A stretch of 64,000 bases of DNA from an uncultured Gemmatimonadales bacterium (GTDB taxonomy: Bacteria > Gemmatimonadota > Gemmatimonadetes > Gemmatimonadales > GWC2-71-9). The notes under the pieces were generated by a model. The model saw only the letters and a list, made by a program, of their open reading frames with translations. It made no database searches and was not told where the DNA came from. The position numbers and the translations under genes are program-made. The DNA is taken from assembly GCA_963695555.1 (NCBI GenBank), contig CAVOGR010000007.1, positions 704,001 through 768,000 of the forward strand. The letters run 5' to 3'. Below are positions 41,155-51,557 of the stretch, in pieces; within the stretch, counting starts at the first letter, position 1, and every line of letters begins with the position of its first letter.

Positions 41155-41397
41155 ATGACGACCATCGATTGCATCCGGTGCGGCAACACTGGAAGCCGTG
41201 TTGCGTTCCAGCCGTTTCAGAACGACCTCGGGCGCCGGGTATATGAGGAGATCTGCAGAACCTGCTGGGCGGAGTGGCTCAAGCATCAGCAGGCTCTGAT
41301 CAACCACTATGCGCTCAATGTCCAGGAGCCTCAGGCGAAGGAATTCCTCTACCGGAACCTGGACGAGTATCTGTTCGGCACCACGAGTTCTCCCTAA
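41155..41397 (+). CDS. yggX: Fe(II)-trafficking/oxidative damage protection protein, YggX family
   Basis: LGRRVYEEI...WAEWLKHQQALINHYALN...AKEFL...YLF. Confidence 0.85.
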   Translation: MTTIDCIRCGNTGSRVAFQPFQNDLGRRVYEEICRTCWAEWLKHQQALINHYALNVQEPQAKEFLYRNLDEYLFGTTSSP

Positions 41398-41434
41398 CCC
41401 ACTCGGTTGAGTGGCATTGCTCTTTCGCCACGCG

Positions 41435-41470
41435 AAGCCCCCTCCGAGTTCCAGGCCCGGAGGGGGCTTT
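41435..41470. terminator. Bidirectional intrinsic terminator
   Basis: 12-bp stem AAGCCCCCTCCG / CGGAGGGGGCTT between the convergent yggX and PDZ genes. Confidence 0.75.
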
Positions 41471-41496
41471 ACCATTGTGACGTGTCGCCCACGGCT

Positions 41497-42411
41497 CTAT
41501 CGCCGCATGGCATCGAGCGACCCGGTGATGGTGAGCCGGCGTTGCTTCCGCATAATGGTCAGTGGGATCGACTCCTTCGCATCGTAACTCTGCAGGATGC
41601 GGAGCAGGTGCGACGGACTGGTCGGCTTCCGATCGCCAACGGCGAGCACCACATCGCCTCCCTTGAGATTGAGCTTCGACCCGGCCGGGACGCTGATGAC
41701 CAGCACGCCGTCGGATGTGCCGAAGTATTCCGCCAGTCCTGGATTCAGCGGAACCAGTTCGAACTCGAAAAGTGGAGGGAAAAACGCCATGTCCGCGCGA
41801 CCCTGGAGCCCGCGCAGTGTCTCCAGACGAGGCATGAAGCCACGCAGACCATCGATGGAATCGACCCGAACATTGAACGTATCCGTGCCGAACACGTACC
41901 CCTGGGCACCATCTGGTGTCCGCCAGGTTTGTACGTAGAACGGCGGCGGCCCGGCCACGATGGCGCTGTGTTTCGTCTCGGCAGCGCGCCGGAAGATGAC
42001 CTGAACGGTGTCGCCCGGATCGAAGCGGGCAGCAAGTTCGATCAGACGCAAGCCCGGCAGGGACGCATTCGGGGTTCGTCCCCTAACCCCGATGCTCTCG
42101 AGCAAGGACTCCCCAGCCAGCGAAGTGATGATGTCGCCGGTACGAATACCGGCGTGGTCGGCCGGTCCATTGGGTGATACCGAATGGATCAGCGCACCGA
42201 TCGAGTCGGAAGCGCTCGCACGGGTGTTGACAGTCAGGCCAAGGTAGGCTCGGCGAAACTCGAGAAACTGGACGTACTGACGCGCTACCGAGTCGATTAC
42301 TCCGGCGTCCGGCCGGGCACGCTCCAGGCGGCGCACGTCATCGCGCTCCTGGCCGATGAGCGGGCTCGCTATGATCACGGATAGAGCGACTGCAAGAAAT
42401 GCCCGGCTCAT
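41497..42411 (-). CDS. Secreted tandem-PDZ protein (no protease domain)
   Basis: Signal peptide; AYLGL...SPNGPADHAGIRTGDII; LAEYFG...GVLV...LKGGDVVLAV. Confidence 0.85.
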   Translation of the reverse strand: MSRAFLAVALSVIIASPLIGQERDDVRRLERARPDAGVIDSVARQYVQFLEFRRAYLGLTVNTRASASDSIGALIHSVSPNGPADHAGIRTGDIITSLAGESLLESIGVRGRTPNASLPGLRLIELAARFDPGDTVQVIFRRAAETKHSAIVAGPPPFYVQTWRTPDGAQGYVFGTDTFNVRVDSIDGLRGFMPRLETLRGLQGRADMAFFPPLFEFELVPLNPGLAEYFGTSDGVLVISVPAGSKLNLKGGDVVLAVGDRKPTSPSHLLRILQSYDAKESIPLTIMRKQRRLTITGSLDAMRR

Positions 42412-42433
42412 CACCCCGACCAACCCCTCCCTG

Positions 42434-43042
42434 TCACAGCCCGACATTGCTGGCCCGAGTCAGGTGCACGTTGACCAGTGCATCCATCAGTCCTACTCGC
42501 TGGCGCCACAGATCGAGTAATGCACGATCCCCTTCGGGGGCCGGGGCCATTTGTGTCATTTGGAGCTCTTGGTCGAGGGCCGAGATACGGTCCTCGAGCT
42601 CGGCGGCCACCCGAGCAGTGTAGCCATCGGTCACCCGCCGCTCGGGGGCATACTGTGTCAGCGCCCGCTCCAGGAGACGCGACTCGAGCATGGCAGCCTC
42701 GAGCTCGGCTTGAGCATTCGGCGATGATGACGGTGGCATGGGCAGGGCCGGCCGGAGTAGGAATACCAGGGCAATGGATGCCGCGAGCGCCAAGCCGCCC
42801 ACTCCACCCCAGGCATATCGTCGGCGACGAGCCCTCACGAGTCGCGAGCGCACTACCGGCCAACTATCGCGCGGCGGGGTGAGCGTCGGCAGCGCCTTGA
42901 GTTGCGCCACCCGTTGATGCAACCGCTCCAGTTCGGCCTGGCAAAGGGGGCATTGGGCGACGTGATCACGGGCCGCTGCGCCCCCGGGCTCAGTCAGCCC
43001 GTCGCGCAACTCCAGCAGTTGGTCCATGGTCAGGTGCGTCAT
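42434..43042 (-). CDS. Zinc-binding (ZAS/zf-HC2) anti-sigma factor with TM segment
   Basis: MTHL...HVAQCPLC (HxxxCxxC); TM YAWGGVGGLALAASIALVFLL; overlaps the sigma gene. Confidence 0.85.
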   Translation of the reverse strand: MTHLTMDQLLELRDGLTEPGGAAARDHVAQCPLCQAELERLHQRVAQLKALPTLTPPRDSWPVVRSRLVRARRRRYAWGGVGGLALAASIALVFLLRPALPMPPSSSPNAQAELEAAMLESRLLERALTQYAPERRVTDGYTARVAAELEDRISALDQELQMTQMAPAPEGDRALLDLWRQRVGLMDALVNVHLTRASNVGL

Positions 43043-43593
43043 ACGGCGACCTCCTCACCCAGCCAGCGCCGCAGCCGCTCATGGGCGCGCGCGAGTTGGG
43101 ACTTCGAAAAACTCGTGGTCTTCCCCATCATCTCGCCGATCTCGGCATGCGTGTACCCCTCGACGTCGTGCAACCAGACCACCGCCCGTGATACGTCGGA
43201 CAGACGCTCCAGCGCCGCTTCGAGGTCCATGCGCAAGAGTCCGTCTTCGCGACGGCGCGGCGTCACGTTCTCATACAGTTCTTCCGTCTCACGGTATCGA
43301 TTCCGGCGAAGCCGCATGAGGGACTTGCTCGCTGCGATGGCACGGATCCACCCCCACAAACTTCCTTCGCCCCGGTACTTCCGAATGCTGCGGGCCACCT
43401 CCAGAAACGTCTCCTGCGACACGTCCTCAGCGTCCTCGACGGAGCGACAGATCCGCCGAGCCACGTTGTAGACCGGCCCCTCAAACGCGCGATACAGTGC
43501 CTCGATGGCCGCCTGGTCTCCCCGGCGGGCTCGAGATACGACCTGCTCGGCGTCGGCCAACGGAAACGGATCCAAAGCCAGTGCCCTTGTCAT
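43039..43593 (-). CDS. ECF RNA polymerase sigma factor
   Basis: DAEDVSQETFLEV...WGWIRAIA; RAVVWLHDVEGYTHAEIGEMMGKTTSFSKSQLARA; start placed at MTRALA. Confidence 0.92.
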   Translation of the reverse strand: MTRALALDPFPLADAEQVVSRARRGDQAAIEALYRAFEGPVYNVARRICRSVEDAEDVSQETFLEVARSIRKYRGEGSLWGWIRAIAASKSLMRLRRNRYRETEELYENVTPRRREDGLLRMDLEAALERLSDVSRAVVWLHDVEGYTHAEIGEMMGKTTSFSKSQLARAHERLRRWLGEEVAV

Positions 43594-43605
43594 TGCTGCA
43601 TTAGA

Positions 43606-43633
43606 AGATGCCGAGCCCCACCGGAGGGTTGCA
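43606..43633 (-). promoter_or_regulatory. Putative autoregulatory ECF promoter TGCAAC-N17-CATCT
   Basis: Minus strand reads TGCAAC cctccggtggggctcgg CATCT, 12 nt before the sigma ATG. Confidence 0.55.
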
Positions 43634-43804
43634 GTCCGGGCCATGCCCCGCCAACTGCCACGACGGTTGTTCGGGGAAATCGCCAGGCGGTTGGCCCCGG
43701 GTCGCACACAGCTAACACAATGAAATATAATCTGTTACGCTCATTCGAGTCGCATCGTGTGGCCCAGGCCCGGTACCACGGCCGCGGCGCGTTAGATTGG
43801 GCGC

Positions 43805-44935
43805 ATGACCGAGCAGCAGGCACCCACCCTGGCTCCCGCCCTTTGGCTCGAACACCTGCGAGACGAGGCGGACGCGGCCTTCCTCTACACCGAGCTCAGC
43901 CGGCAAGCGGCGGATCCCAAGCGCGCCGCGCTGTATCAGCGGCTGGCCGAGGTGGAACAGCGCCACGTCCAAACCTGGCAGCGGCTTTTGCTGGCGGAGG
44001 GCCATCCCGTACCAGACGTCCAGCCGAGTGCCCGCGCCCGGTTCATGGTCTGGCTGGCCCGGCTGTTCGGCACCAGGTGGCTGATCCCCATGCTGCTCGA
44101 AGAAGAGGGCCGTGAGGTCAAGAGCTATCTCCAGCTGTACAGCGATGCTCCGGAAGGAGCCACCGCCTCGACCGCGTTACGATTGGCAAGAGAATCGAAG
44201 GAGCATGCCGAGACCCTTGCCACCATTACGGGCGGCGTAGGAGAACCCTGGCACAAGACGCACGCCGGCGGCTTCCTCCGCAACGTCGTGTACGGCTTCA
44301 ACGACGGCCTGACGGCTAACTTCGGCCTGGTTGCCGGCATGATTGGCGCGCAGGGCGGCCTGCACGTCAGTCACACCGTGGTCTTGGCCGGTGTCGCCGG
44401 CACGGTCGCCAATGCCCTGTCGATGGGGTCCTCGGGGTATCTCGCCGCGAAGAGCGAGCGGGAAGTCTTCGAGCACGAGATCGCCATGGAACGCGAGGAG
44501 ATCCGGGTCATGCCCGATCTCGAACGCGAGGAACTGAGCCTGCTCTACCAGGCCAAAGGCATTCCGGAGGCCCAGGCGTCGGAACTAGCCGAGCAGGTCA
44601 TGCGCGATCCCGAACGGGCCTTGGCGGAGAAGGTGCGGGAGGAGCTGCAGATCGGTGCGAGCACCGCGACACCGCTCAAGGAGGCGTGGCTCACGGGAAC
44701 CGCGACCGCACTCGGGTCGCTGATTCCCGTGCTGCCCCTCCTCATCAGCAGCTCGGCCGTGGCGGTCTGGTTTTCCTTTGCAATCGCGATGGCCTCGCAC
44801 TTTGGCGTCGGCGCCGCACGCAGCATCTTCACCGGCCGCGGCGTGATCCGGAGCGGGATGGACATGTTCTTGGTGGGCCTGGGCGTGGCCGCCGTCGGAT
44901 ACTTGGTCGGCGACTGGTTGGTGACCCTGCTCTAA
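43805..44935 (+). CDS. Rubrerythrin-like N-domain + VIT1/CCC1 iron transporter (MbfA-like)
   Basis: DEADAAFLY, EQRH, ESKEH di-iron-type ExxH motifs; LRNVVYGFNDGL, ALSMGSSGYL, EREEL. Confidence 0.9.
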   Translation: MTEQQAPTLAPALWLEHLRDEADAAFLYTELSRQAADPKRAALYQRLAEVEQRHVQTWQRLLLAEGHPVPDVQPSARARFMVWLARLFGTRWLIPMLLEEEGREVKSYLQLYSDAPEGATASTALRLARESKEHAETLATITGGVGEPWHKTHAGGFLRNVVYGFNDGLTANFGLVAGMIGAQGGLHVSHTVVLAGVAGTVANALSMGSSGYLAAKSEREVFEHEIAMEREEIRVMPDLEREELSLLYQAKGIPEAQASELAEQVMRDPERALAEKVREELQIGASTATPLKEAWLTGTATALGSLIPVLPLLISSSAVAVWFSFAIAMASHFGVGAARSIFTGRGVIRSGMDMFLVGLGVAAVGYLVGDWLVTLL

Positions 44936-44938
44936 TCC

Positions 44939-47377
44939 TCAGCCAACCACCAGGTTAATGAGACGATTGGGCACGTAGATCCGCTTCTGGATCGTCTTCC
45001 CCTCGAGGTGCCGCGAGGTCTTGTCGTCGGCCATCGCCGCGGCCAGCACCGCGCTCTCGTCGGCCTCGCGCCGGACCCGCACCGTGGAGCGTGTCCTGCC
45101 GTTCACCTGCACCACGACTTCGATGTTGTCCTCGACCAGCAGCGCGGCATCCCAGGTCGGCCACGAGGCGAAGAAGATCGAGCGGTCGTGCCCAAGCCGC
45201 TCCCAACACTCCTCCGCGAAGTGTGGCGCGAACGGGGCTAGCATCACCAACATGTCCTCAATGATGCGCCGCTCGTGGCATTGCACCTCGCGCATGGTGT
45301 TGAGCAGTTCCATGAGTGCGGCGATCGCGGTGTTGTATTTCAGTTCCTCGATGTCGCCGGTAATCTTCTGCTTGGTCTGGTGCCACTTGACCATCACCGC
45401 GTGTTTGACCTCACCGACCGCATCCTCCGTCACACAGCGCTCGACGAGGCCCCACACTTTGTCGAGAAACCGTCGGGGCCCACTGATTCCGGCATCGCGG
45501 AAGTCGCCCCCTTCCTGGAACGGCCCCAGCGACATCAGGTACATCCGAAACGTGTCCGCTCCCCAGCGCGCAATGTAGTCGTCGGGTATGACGACGTTGC
45601 CGCGCGACTTGGACATCTTGGCCCCGTCCTTCACAATGAGCCCGTGCGCTCGGAACTTGAGGAACGGCTCGTCGAAGTCGAGATGGCCCAGCTCGTGGAG
45701 CACCATGGCGAGGAATCGGGCGTAGAGCAGGTGAAGCACGGCGTGCTCGTTCCCACCGATATACGTGGTGACCGGGCACCATTTCTGCGTTCGCGTCCGA
45801 TCGAACGGCTGATCATCGAACTCCGTGCTCGGGTAGCGCAGGTAGTACCAGCCTGAATCGAGGAACGTATCGGAGACGTCCGTTTCCCGCCGGGCGCGCT
45901 GTCCGCAGCTGGGGCATGGAACGAAGAACCAATCCTCGTTCCGAGCCAGCGGTGACGTGCCGCTGTCGTCGGGTCGGAAATTTTCGAGCGGCGGTAGCAA
46001 GACCGGAAGATCCTCTTCCGGTACGGGCACCGTGCCGCACGCGTCACAGTAGATCACCGGAATTGGTGGTCCCCAGTACCGCTGCCGGGAGATGCACCAA
46101 TCGTACAGTCGGTATTGTACCTGGCCGCGCCCCGTGCCACTCTGTTCCAACCACTGAATGATGTCGCGAAGCGCTACCGACGCCGGCTTACCGGTGAACT
46201 GACCCGACGCGAGGAGCCGATCGTTCTCGTCGATGACCTGCACCACCGCCAGGTCGTAGGTCTCGGCAAACTCGAGGTCGCGCTCGTCATGGGCCGGCAC
46301 AGCCATGATGGCACCGGTGCCGTATTCCATAAGGACGTAGTCCGCGATCCAAATTGGAATGTCGGCGCCGGTGGCCGGGTTGACGGCGTACCCGCCCGTG
46401 AACACGCCCGTCTTGTCGCGTTCACCTACGCGCCGGGAAACGATGTCCGTGGCCGCCGCGGCACGGATGTAGTCCTGGACAGCTTGCCGCTGAGCGTCGG
46501 ACGTTACCGACGCGACCAGGGGATGCTCCGGCGCGAGGACCATGAAGGTGGCGCCAAAGATGGTGTCGGGTCGAGTGGTGAATACGGCGAGGACGTCATC
46601 GCGCCCCACGAGCCGGAACCGGATCTCCGCGCCTTCGGACCGACCGATCCAGTTGCGTTGGGCCGCAGCGGTGCTCTCCGACCAGTCCATTTTGGCTGGG
46701 TCGTCGAGGTGGCCCAGCAGTTGTTCGACATACTCGGTGATCCGGAAATACCACTGCTCGAGGGTCCGTTGCTCAACCCGCACATCGGGATGTCGTTCGC
46801 AATACCCGTCGATGACCTGCTCGTTGGCCAAGACCGTCTTGCATTCCGGGCACCAATTGACCGCACCGAGTTTCTTGTACGCTTTGCCGGCCTTGTACAG
46901 CTGGAGAAAGATCCACTGAGTCCACTTGTAATAGGCCGGGTCGGTGGTAGAGACCTCGTGTCGCCAGTCGAACATGCCTCCCATCCGCCGGAGTTGGCGG
47001 CGGAAGGTGGCGATGTTTTGGGGAATGAGCTGGGCCGGATGCGTGCCCACTTTGATCGCGTAATTCTCACTGTGAATTCCGAACGCGTCGAACCCGATGG
47101 GTTCGAACACGTCGAACCCCTGCAAGCGCTTGAAGCGCCCGTAGACGTCGCTCCCCGTGAAGGCGAACATGTTGCCGACATGGAGCCCCTCGGCCGAGGG
47201 GTAGGGATACATCATGAGATTATAGAATGGGCGCGCAGCACGGTCGAGATCGGGCTCATTGACGTGCTCCGCCGCCCACCGCGCCTGCCACTTGGCCTCC
47301 ACAACCTCAGGATCGTACACCGCGGCTGCCGGTGCAGGCGGGCGTTTGCTTGCGCGGTCACGCGGCTTCGTCCCCAT
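44939..47377 (-). CDS. leuS: Leucine--tRNA ligase
   Basis: [14 protein letters not shown] (HIGH), [40 protein letters not shown]. Confidence 0.97.
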   Translation of the reverse strand: MGTKPRDRASKRPPAPAAAVYDPEVVEAKWQARWAAEHVNEPDLDRAARPFYNLMMYPYPSAEGLHVGNMFAFTGSDVYGRFKRLQGFDVFEPIGFDAFGIHSENYAIKVGTHPAQLIPQNIATFRRQLRRMGGMFDWRHEVSTTDPAYYKWTQWIFLQLYKAGKAYKKLGAVNWCPECKTVLANEQVIDGYCERHPDVRVEQRTLEQWYFRITEYVEQLLGHLDDPAKMDWSESTAAAQRNWIGRSEGAEIRFRLVGRDDVLAVFTTRPDTIFGATFMVLAPEHPLVASVTSDAQRQAVQDYIRAAAATDIVSRRVGERDKTGVFTGGYAVNPATGADIPIWIADYVLMEYGTGAIMAVPAHDERDLEFAETYDLAVVQVIDENDRLLASGQFTGKPASVALRDIIQWLEQSGTGRGQVQYRLYDWCISRQRYWGPPIPVIYCDACGTVPVPEEDLPVLLPPLENFRPDDSGTSPLARNEDWFFVPCPSCGQRARRETDVSDTFLDSGWYYLRYPSTEFDDQPFDRTRTQKWCPVTTYIGGNEHAVLHLLYARFLAMVLHELGHLDFDEPFLKFRAHGLIVKDGAKMSKSRGNVVIPDDYIARWGADTFRMYLMSLGPFQEGGDFRDAGISGPRRFLDKVWGLVERCVTEDAVGEVKHAVMVKWHQTKQKITGDIEELKYNTAIAALMELLNTMREVQCHERRIIEDMLVMLAPFAPHFAEECWERLGHDRSIFFASWPTWDAALLVEDNIEVVVQVNGRTRSTVRVRREADESAVLAAAMADDKTSRHLEGKTIQKRIYVPNRLINLVVG

Positions 47378-47522
47378 TGACTCTCCCATGCTCCCTGGTG
47401 GAGGTGTGAAATGTACCTGCGGGTTGGATACTGACCAAGGCGGTTCGCCCGCCTTGCCGCCCCAAACCACCTCCCCTAGTTTTGCCTCACCCGCCGATGC
47501 TCACCCTGCATCCGGAAGCCCA

Positions 47523-49625
47523 TTGAGCGATCTCAGCACGCATCTGACGCACCGCATCCATGCCATGGGCATGGCGGCCATCATCTTCCTCGGCGTCCTG
47601 GTCGCCACGGTCATTTCGACTGGTGAGGCCCGCTATGTGCGCCGGCGGACCGACGCGAGGCTCGAAGCGCTCGCGAGCCGCGGGGCCGCACTCCTCAATC
47701 AAGCCCTGGCTGAACGGCGCCGTGAGCTCGACCTCCTAGCCAGTATGCCGGTAGTACGGTCGGCCACGACCGCGGCCGCCAGCCAGAGCCGACGGCTCGG
47801 CCTCGCGCAGCTCCCCGCCACCGAGCTCGACCGACGCTATGCCGAGGCCGGTATCTCCGGAAGCACACCGGCCCTCGCCACGTTTCTACGGGAGTGGGTG
47901 GCACGGAGCCCGTTTCAGGATGTCCTGCTCGCCGAGGCCCACGGCCTGACCGTGATGTCCACCACGCCGGCCGGCACGCTCAATCACGCCCGACAGGCGT
48001 GGTGGCGAGCCGTGACCACTGCCGGATACTTTCTGGCCACCGGGCCGAACGATGTGCGAGGGCGTGCGACGTTGCGTCTGGCGGTTCCTGTTCCGAGCCC
48101 CGACGAGTCTGCGACGATCAGCGGAGCGCTCCTCGCCACCCTTCCACTCGACTTCCTCACCGAATTCCTGCCCACCGAACGCACCGAGACGGGCTTGGCC
48201 GAGCTTGCGCTGGTCCACGGTCCCGACTCACTGGTGTGGAGCAGCAACCCGGGGGCGTCACTCGGACGCCCGGTTGCGGGCGTCCTGCACGAGACGGCCC
48301 GCCCGGGCCTGCGTCTCGCGACCACCGGGGACGGCCAGCGTCTCGCGGTGATCCCGTTGGCGTATGGGGAGTGGAGCATCGTGGCACGCACCGCCGCCCC
48401 GGATGACTTGGTGAGCGCACGCGGCAGCCGGGTCTGGATCACGGCGGGATTCATCATCGTCTTTGGTGTCACCATTCTGTTCCTCGTCAGCCGCTGGATC
48501 GAGCAGCGTCTCCTAACCCCCCTCGTGCTGGCGGAAGACGTCGCCGCCCGCGTTGCAGAAGGCCATCTCAACGAATCGATCGCGAGGCTGAGCCGGGAGG
48601 GCCCGAAGGCCGACCGGCTCATCGCGGGCATTGCTGCCATGGTCGAGGCGCTCCACTCTCTGGTGGGGGCAATTCAAGCGGCATCGAGTGAAGCAGCCGC
48701 TATGGCCGAAGAGATTTCGGCCTCGACCGAAGAGATGACAACGTCGACGCACCAAGTGGCCAGCACCACCAGCGACTTGACCAATCGAGCCACGCACCAT
48801 GCCTCCCTGGTGCGGGCCGCGTCCAGCGACGCGACACGCATTCTGGGCATTGCCGAGGAACTCGACGTGGGATCGTCGGAGGCGGCCGACCGGAATGCCG
48901 CCCTTGCCGAACTCGCGCGCTCGCACAAGGAGCGACTCGACAGGAGTACGGTCGAACTCGAGCGTCTGTCCAAGGACATCGTGGAAGGAACGCTCGAGGC
49001 TGAGGCGCTAGCCGAAGCGTCCGGGGAAATCGAGAAGTTCGTGGCCCAAACGAAAGCCATCGCCAAGCAGACTCACATGTTGGCCTTGAACGCCGCCATT
49101 GAAGCGGCACGCGCCGGCGAGGAGGGCCGCGGCTTCAGCGTGGTGGCCGACGAGATCCGCAAGCTGGCGAACCAGGCGGCCCAGGCCGCTACGTCCACGG
49201 CGACGACCGTGCACGGGGTGCTCGACCGGGTGCACTCGGCTCGGGAGCGGTTGCTGCAACTCGGCGCGGGCGGGGGGAGGGCACGCGAGGCCGCCGACGA
49301 AGCGGCCAGCGGCCTCCGGCGGGTGGCCGAGGAGGCCGCCATCAACAGCAGCTGGACCCAGGCCATTTCCCAATCGTCCGCCGACGTTCGGGCGCTGGTC
49401 GCCGGGATCGTCGACCGGATGGTCGAAATCTCGAGCGGCACCGACGACGTCGCGGTGGCCGCCCAGGAGATCGCGGCAGCGGCGCAGCAGTTGAACACGT
49501 CCACTGAGGAGGTGTCGGCCTCGGCGGCTCGTCTTGCCGAAGCGGCCGACCAGCTCACCGCAGCGGTCGGCGTGTTTACCTTGGGGCCGTCGGGAACCGG
49601 GGCTCGGGAGACTCTCGCCGAATAG
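47523..49625 (+). CDS. Methyl-accepting chemotaxis protein (TM-Cache-like-TM-HAMP-MCP signal)
   Basis: Two TMs; [34 protein letters not shown]. Start uncertain (TTG 47523 or a later ATG). Confidence 0.9.
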   Translation: MSDLSTHLTHRIHAMGMAAIIFLGVLVATVISTGEARYVRRRTDARLEALASRGAALLNQALAERRRELDLLASMPVVRSATTAAASQSRRLGLAQLPATELDRRYAEAGISGSTPALATFLREWVARSPFQDVLLAEAHGLTVMSTTPAGTLNHARQAWWRAVTTAGYFLATGPNDVRGRATLRLAVPVPSPDESATISGALLATLPLDFLTEFLPTERTETGLAELALVHGPDSLVWSSNPGASLGRPVAGVLHETARPGLRLATTGDGQRLAVIPLAYGEWSIVARTAAPDDLVSARGSRVWITAGFIIVFGVTILFLVSRWIEQRLLTPLVLAEDVAARVAEGHLNESIARLSREGPKADRLIAGIAAMVEALHSLVGAIQAASSEAAAMAEEISASTEEMTTSTHQVASTTSDLTNRATHHASLVRAASSDATRILGIAEELDVGSSEAADRNAALAELARSHKERLDRSTVELERLSKDIVEGTLEAEALAEASGEIEKFVAQTKAIAKQTHMLALNAAIEAARAGEEGRGFSVVADEIRKLANQAAQAATSTATTVHGVLDRVHSARERLLQLGAGGGRAREAADEAASGLRRVAEEAAINSSWTQAISQSSADVRALVAGIVDRMVEISSGTDDVAVAAQEIAAAAQQLNTSTEEVSASAARLAEAADQLTAAVGVFTLGPSGTGARETLAE

Positions 49626-49762
49626 TCACTGCGCGGGTACGAGGCGCGAGAGTTGGCCCAACAGCGCCTCGAGGTGTGTGAGTGACCTGCAGGTCGCCCA
49701 TGTGGACGTCCACCGAGCCGGGCAGAAACGAGCGGCCGAATGTCATCGCCGCGTGGGCACGG

Positions 49763-50428
49763 CTACGGCGTCCCGGTGAGATACGACTCGAGAATGTCGT
49801 TCTCGAGGATGTCCGTCGACGTAATCAGCCGCACGCCTTCGTCGCCCCACTCCCGCATGAGATGCTCGGCCACGTGGGCGTGAATCGCTTTCGCGGCGTC
49901 GGTCACGAAGTAGAGGCGGGTCTGGGGACGGTGGCGCAGGAGGCCCTCGATCGCATACTTGTTGCACACGTCCAAGGCCACGCCATACAGCACGATCACT
50001 TCGGGGTTCAGGACCCGCAACACCGTGTCGACGCTGGCGTTTGTGAATACGTCAAACCAATGCTTCAGGAACAGAACGTCGCCGCGGTGCCGACCGACCT
50101 CCTCGGCCAGGCGATCGACATCCATGGGCTCCGGCTGGATGACCATGGGGTCGATGAGCGTCGTCTCGGGAATTTTCCGTTGTCCCGGTGTCCCGCGCAT
50201 GCAATGCTCTGGAAACGTCTCATGAAAATCCGGCGTTGGACTGAGCTCTTTGTGGCCCGGGACATGATCGTCCGCGCTGGCGACGATCCGGATGCCGCGA
50301 TCGTGGGCAAAGTCGGTCAGCCGTTTGAGCACCGGCATGATCTCCTCTGCGCCGGGCACGTAGAGCTTCCCGGTGGGCATCATGAAATCGACTTGGGTAT
50401 CGACATCCCAGAATATCAGACGCTTCAT
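49763..50428 (-). CDS. pncA: Nicotinamidase/isochorismatase-family cysteine hydrolase
   Basis: DVDTQVDF, ADDH, FPEHC, K, GVALDVC triad; adjacent to the nicotinate PRTase. Confidence 0.85.
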   Translation of the reverse strand: MKRLIFWDVDTQVDFMMPTGKLYVPGAEEIMPVLKRLTDFAHDRGIRIVASADDHVPGHKELSPTPDFHETFPEHCMRGTPGQRKIPETTLIDPMVIQPEPMDVDRLAEEVGRHRGDVLFLKHWFDVFTNASVDTVLRVLNPEVIVLYGVALDVCNKYAIEGLLRHRPQTRLYFVTDAAKAIHAHVAEHLMREWGDEGVRLITSTDILENDILESYLTGTP

Positions 50429-50471
50429 GGTCCAGAGCCTCGGAGTGAGAGCGTAACGAACGCCACCGGTC

Positions 50472-51530
50472 TTATGTGACCGGCTCCAGACGGGGGTTTG
50501 GCCGGTATTCGCGGCCTACCTTGGCGCATGGTACGCCGTCTTTCAGCACGACATCCGCGGTGAAATCGTAGCGGCCCTGGAACAACGAGGATCCGACGCC
50601 ATAGGCATCGACCGGAACGCCATGGGATTCGAATTCTTGAATCTTCTCGACGTCGAAGCCGCCGGAAACGACAATCCTAACGTTCTGAAATCCCGCGCGG
50701 TCCAGTGCGCTGCGGACATTCCACACGAGCTGCGGGCACACGCCGGTCGGCTTGAAGCGCCCCATCTGCGGAATCACGGAGCGATCAACCAACTTCTCAC
50801 TGGTATCCAACCGCACGCCGTACAGCCGATCACCCATGGCCCGCGCAGCCTTGAGCGAAGTCTCAACGCAGTCATTCTCGAAATCGACCAGGGTCACCAC
50901 CTGCACGTCTGGCGGACAGTACTCCGCGAACTTCTGCGTGGCCAGGATCGTGTCGCCATCATACGTGGCGATGAGGGCGTGGGGCACCGTCCCGATGCCC
51001 TCGCTGCCCCACCAGGACGCCTGGGCGTCGGTGGAGACCCCAATCGCGCCAGCGACATGCGCCGCGTACCCGTCACCGGTTTGGACCAACCAGTGATCGT
51101 GCCTGGCGGGGAAGAACATGATTTGCTTCGGGGCGGCGGCTTCGACCACGCGCCGCGTATTGGTGCCAACCCTGGTCCGGCGTGACAGGACGCCAAGATA
51201 GAGCGTTTCGAGGTGCGCGAAGGCGTCATACGGGCCCTCGACGAGGAGCACGGTTTCCCAGGGCTCGACCTCGTCCCCGTCGTACAGCGCCTGCACGGTC
51301 AGCTCCTCCCAATCGGCGGAGCACAGTTTGAGAATTGCGATCGCCTCGTCGATCCCGCCGAGAAAGGCGTGCGTCTTGCCGAACACCTGCATGGTCACCC
51401 GGGGCCGATACTGATCTGCCAAGAGAACATCCCGGGTGCGGACGAAGTACTTGTCGGAGTAATAGCCCGACCGCATGCGTTCGACAGGCAGATGAAAGAT
51501 GCTGGGGTCTAGACGTTGACGACGCGGCAT
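50472..51530 (-). CDS. pncB: Nicotinate phosphoribosyltransferase
   Basis: GYYSDKYF, FFPARHDH, GTVPHA, LVDFEND, GVRLDTS, VSGGF, YGVGS. Confidence 0.82.
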   Translation of the reverse strand: MPRRQRLDPSIFHLPVERMRSGYYSDKYFVRTRDVLLADQYRPRVTMQVFGKTHAFLGGIDEAIAILKLCSADWEELTVQALYDGDEVEPWETVLLVEGPYDAFAHLETLYLGVLSRRTRVGTNTRRVVEAAAPKQIMFFPARHDHWLVQTGDGYAAHVAGAIGVSTDAQASWWGSEGIGTVPHALIATYDGDTILATQKFAEYCPPDVQVVTLVDFENDCVETSLKAARAMGDRLYGVRLDTSEKLVDRSVIPQMGRFKPTGVCPQLVWNVRSALDRAGFQNVRIVVSGGFDVEKIQEFESHGVPVDAYGVGSSLFQGRYDFTADVVLKDGVPCAKVGREYRPNPRLEPVT

Positions 51531-51557
51531 GACAGGTGCTCTCCGACGGGAAGGCCG

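Noticed and set aside
49763..51530. pncA-pncB as an anti-phage or NAD-reconstitution system
   Set aside because: Ordinary NAD salvage pair in a housekeeping context, with no defence or phage genes nearby.
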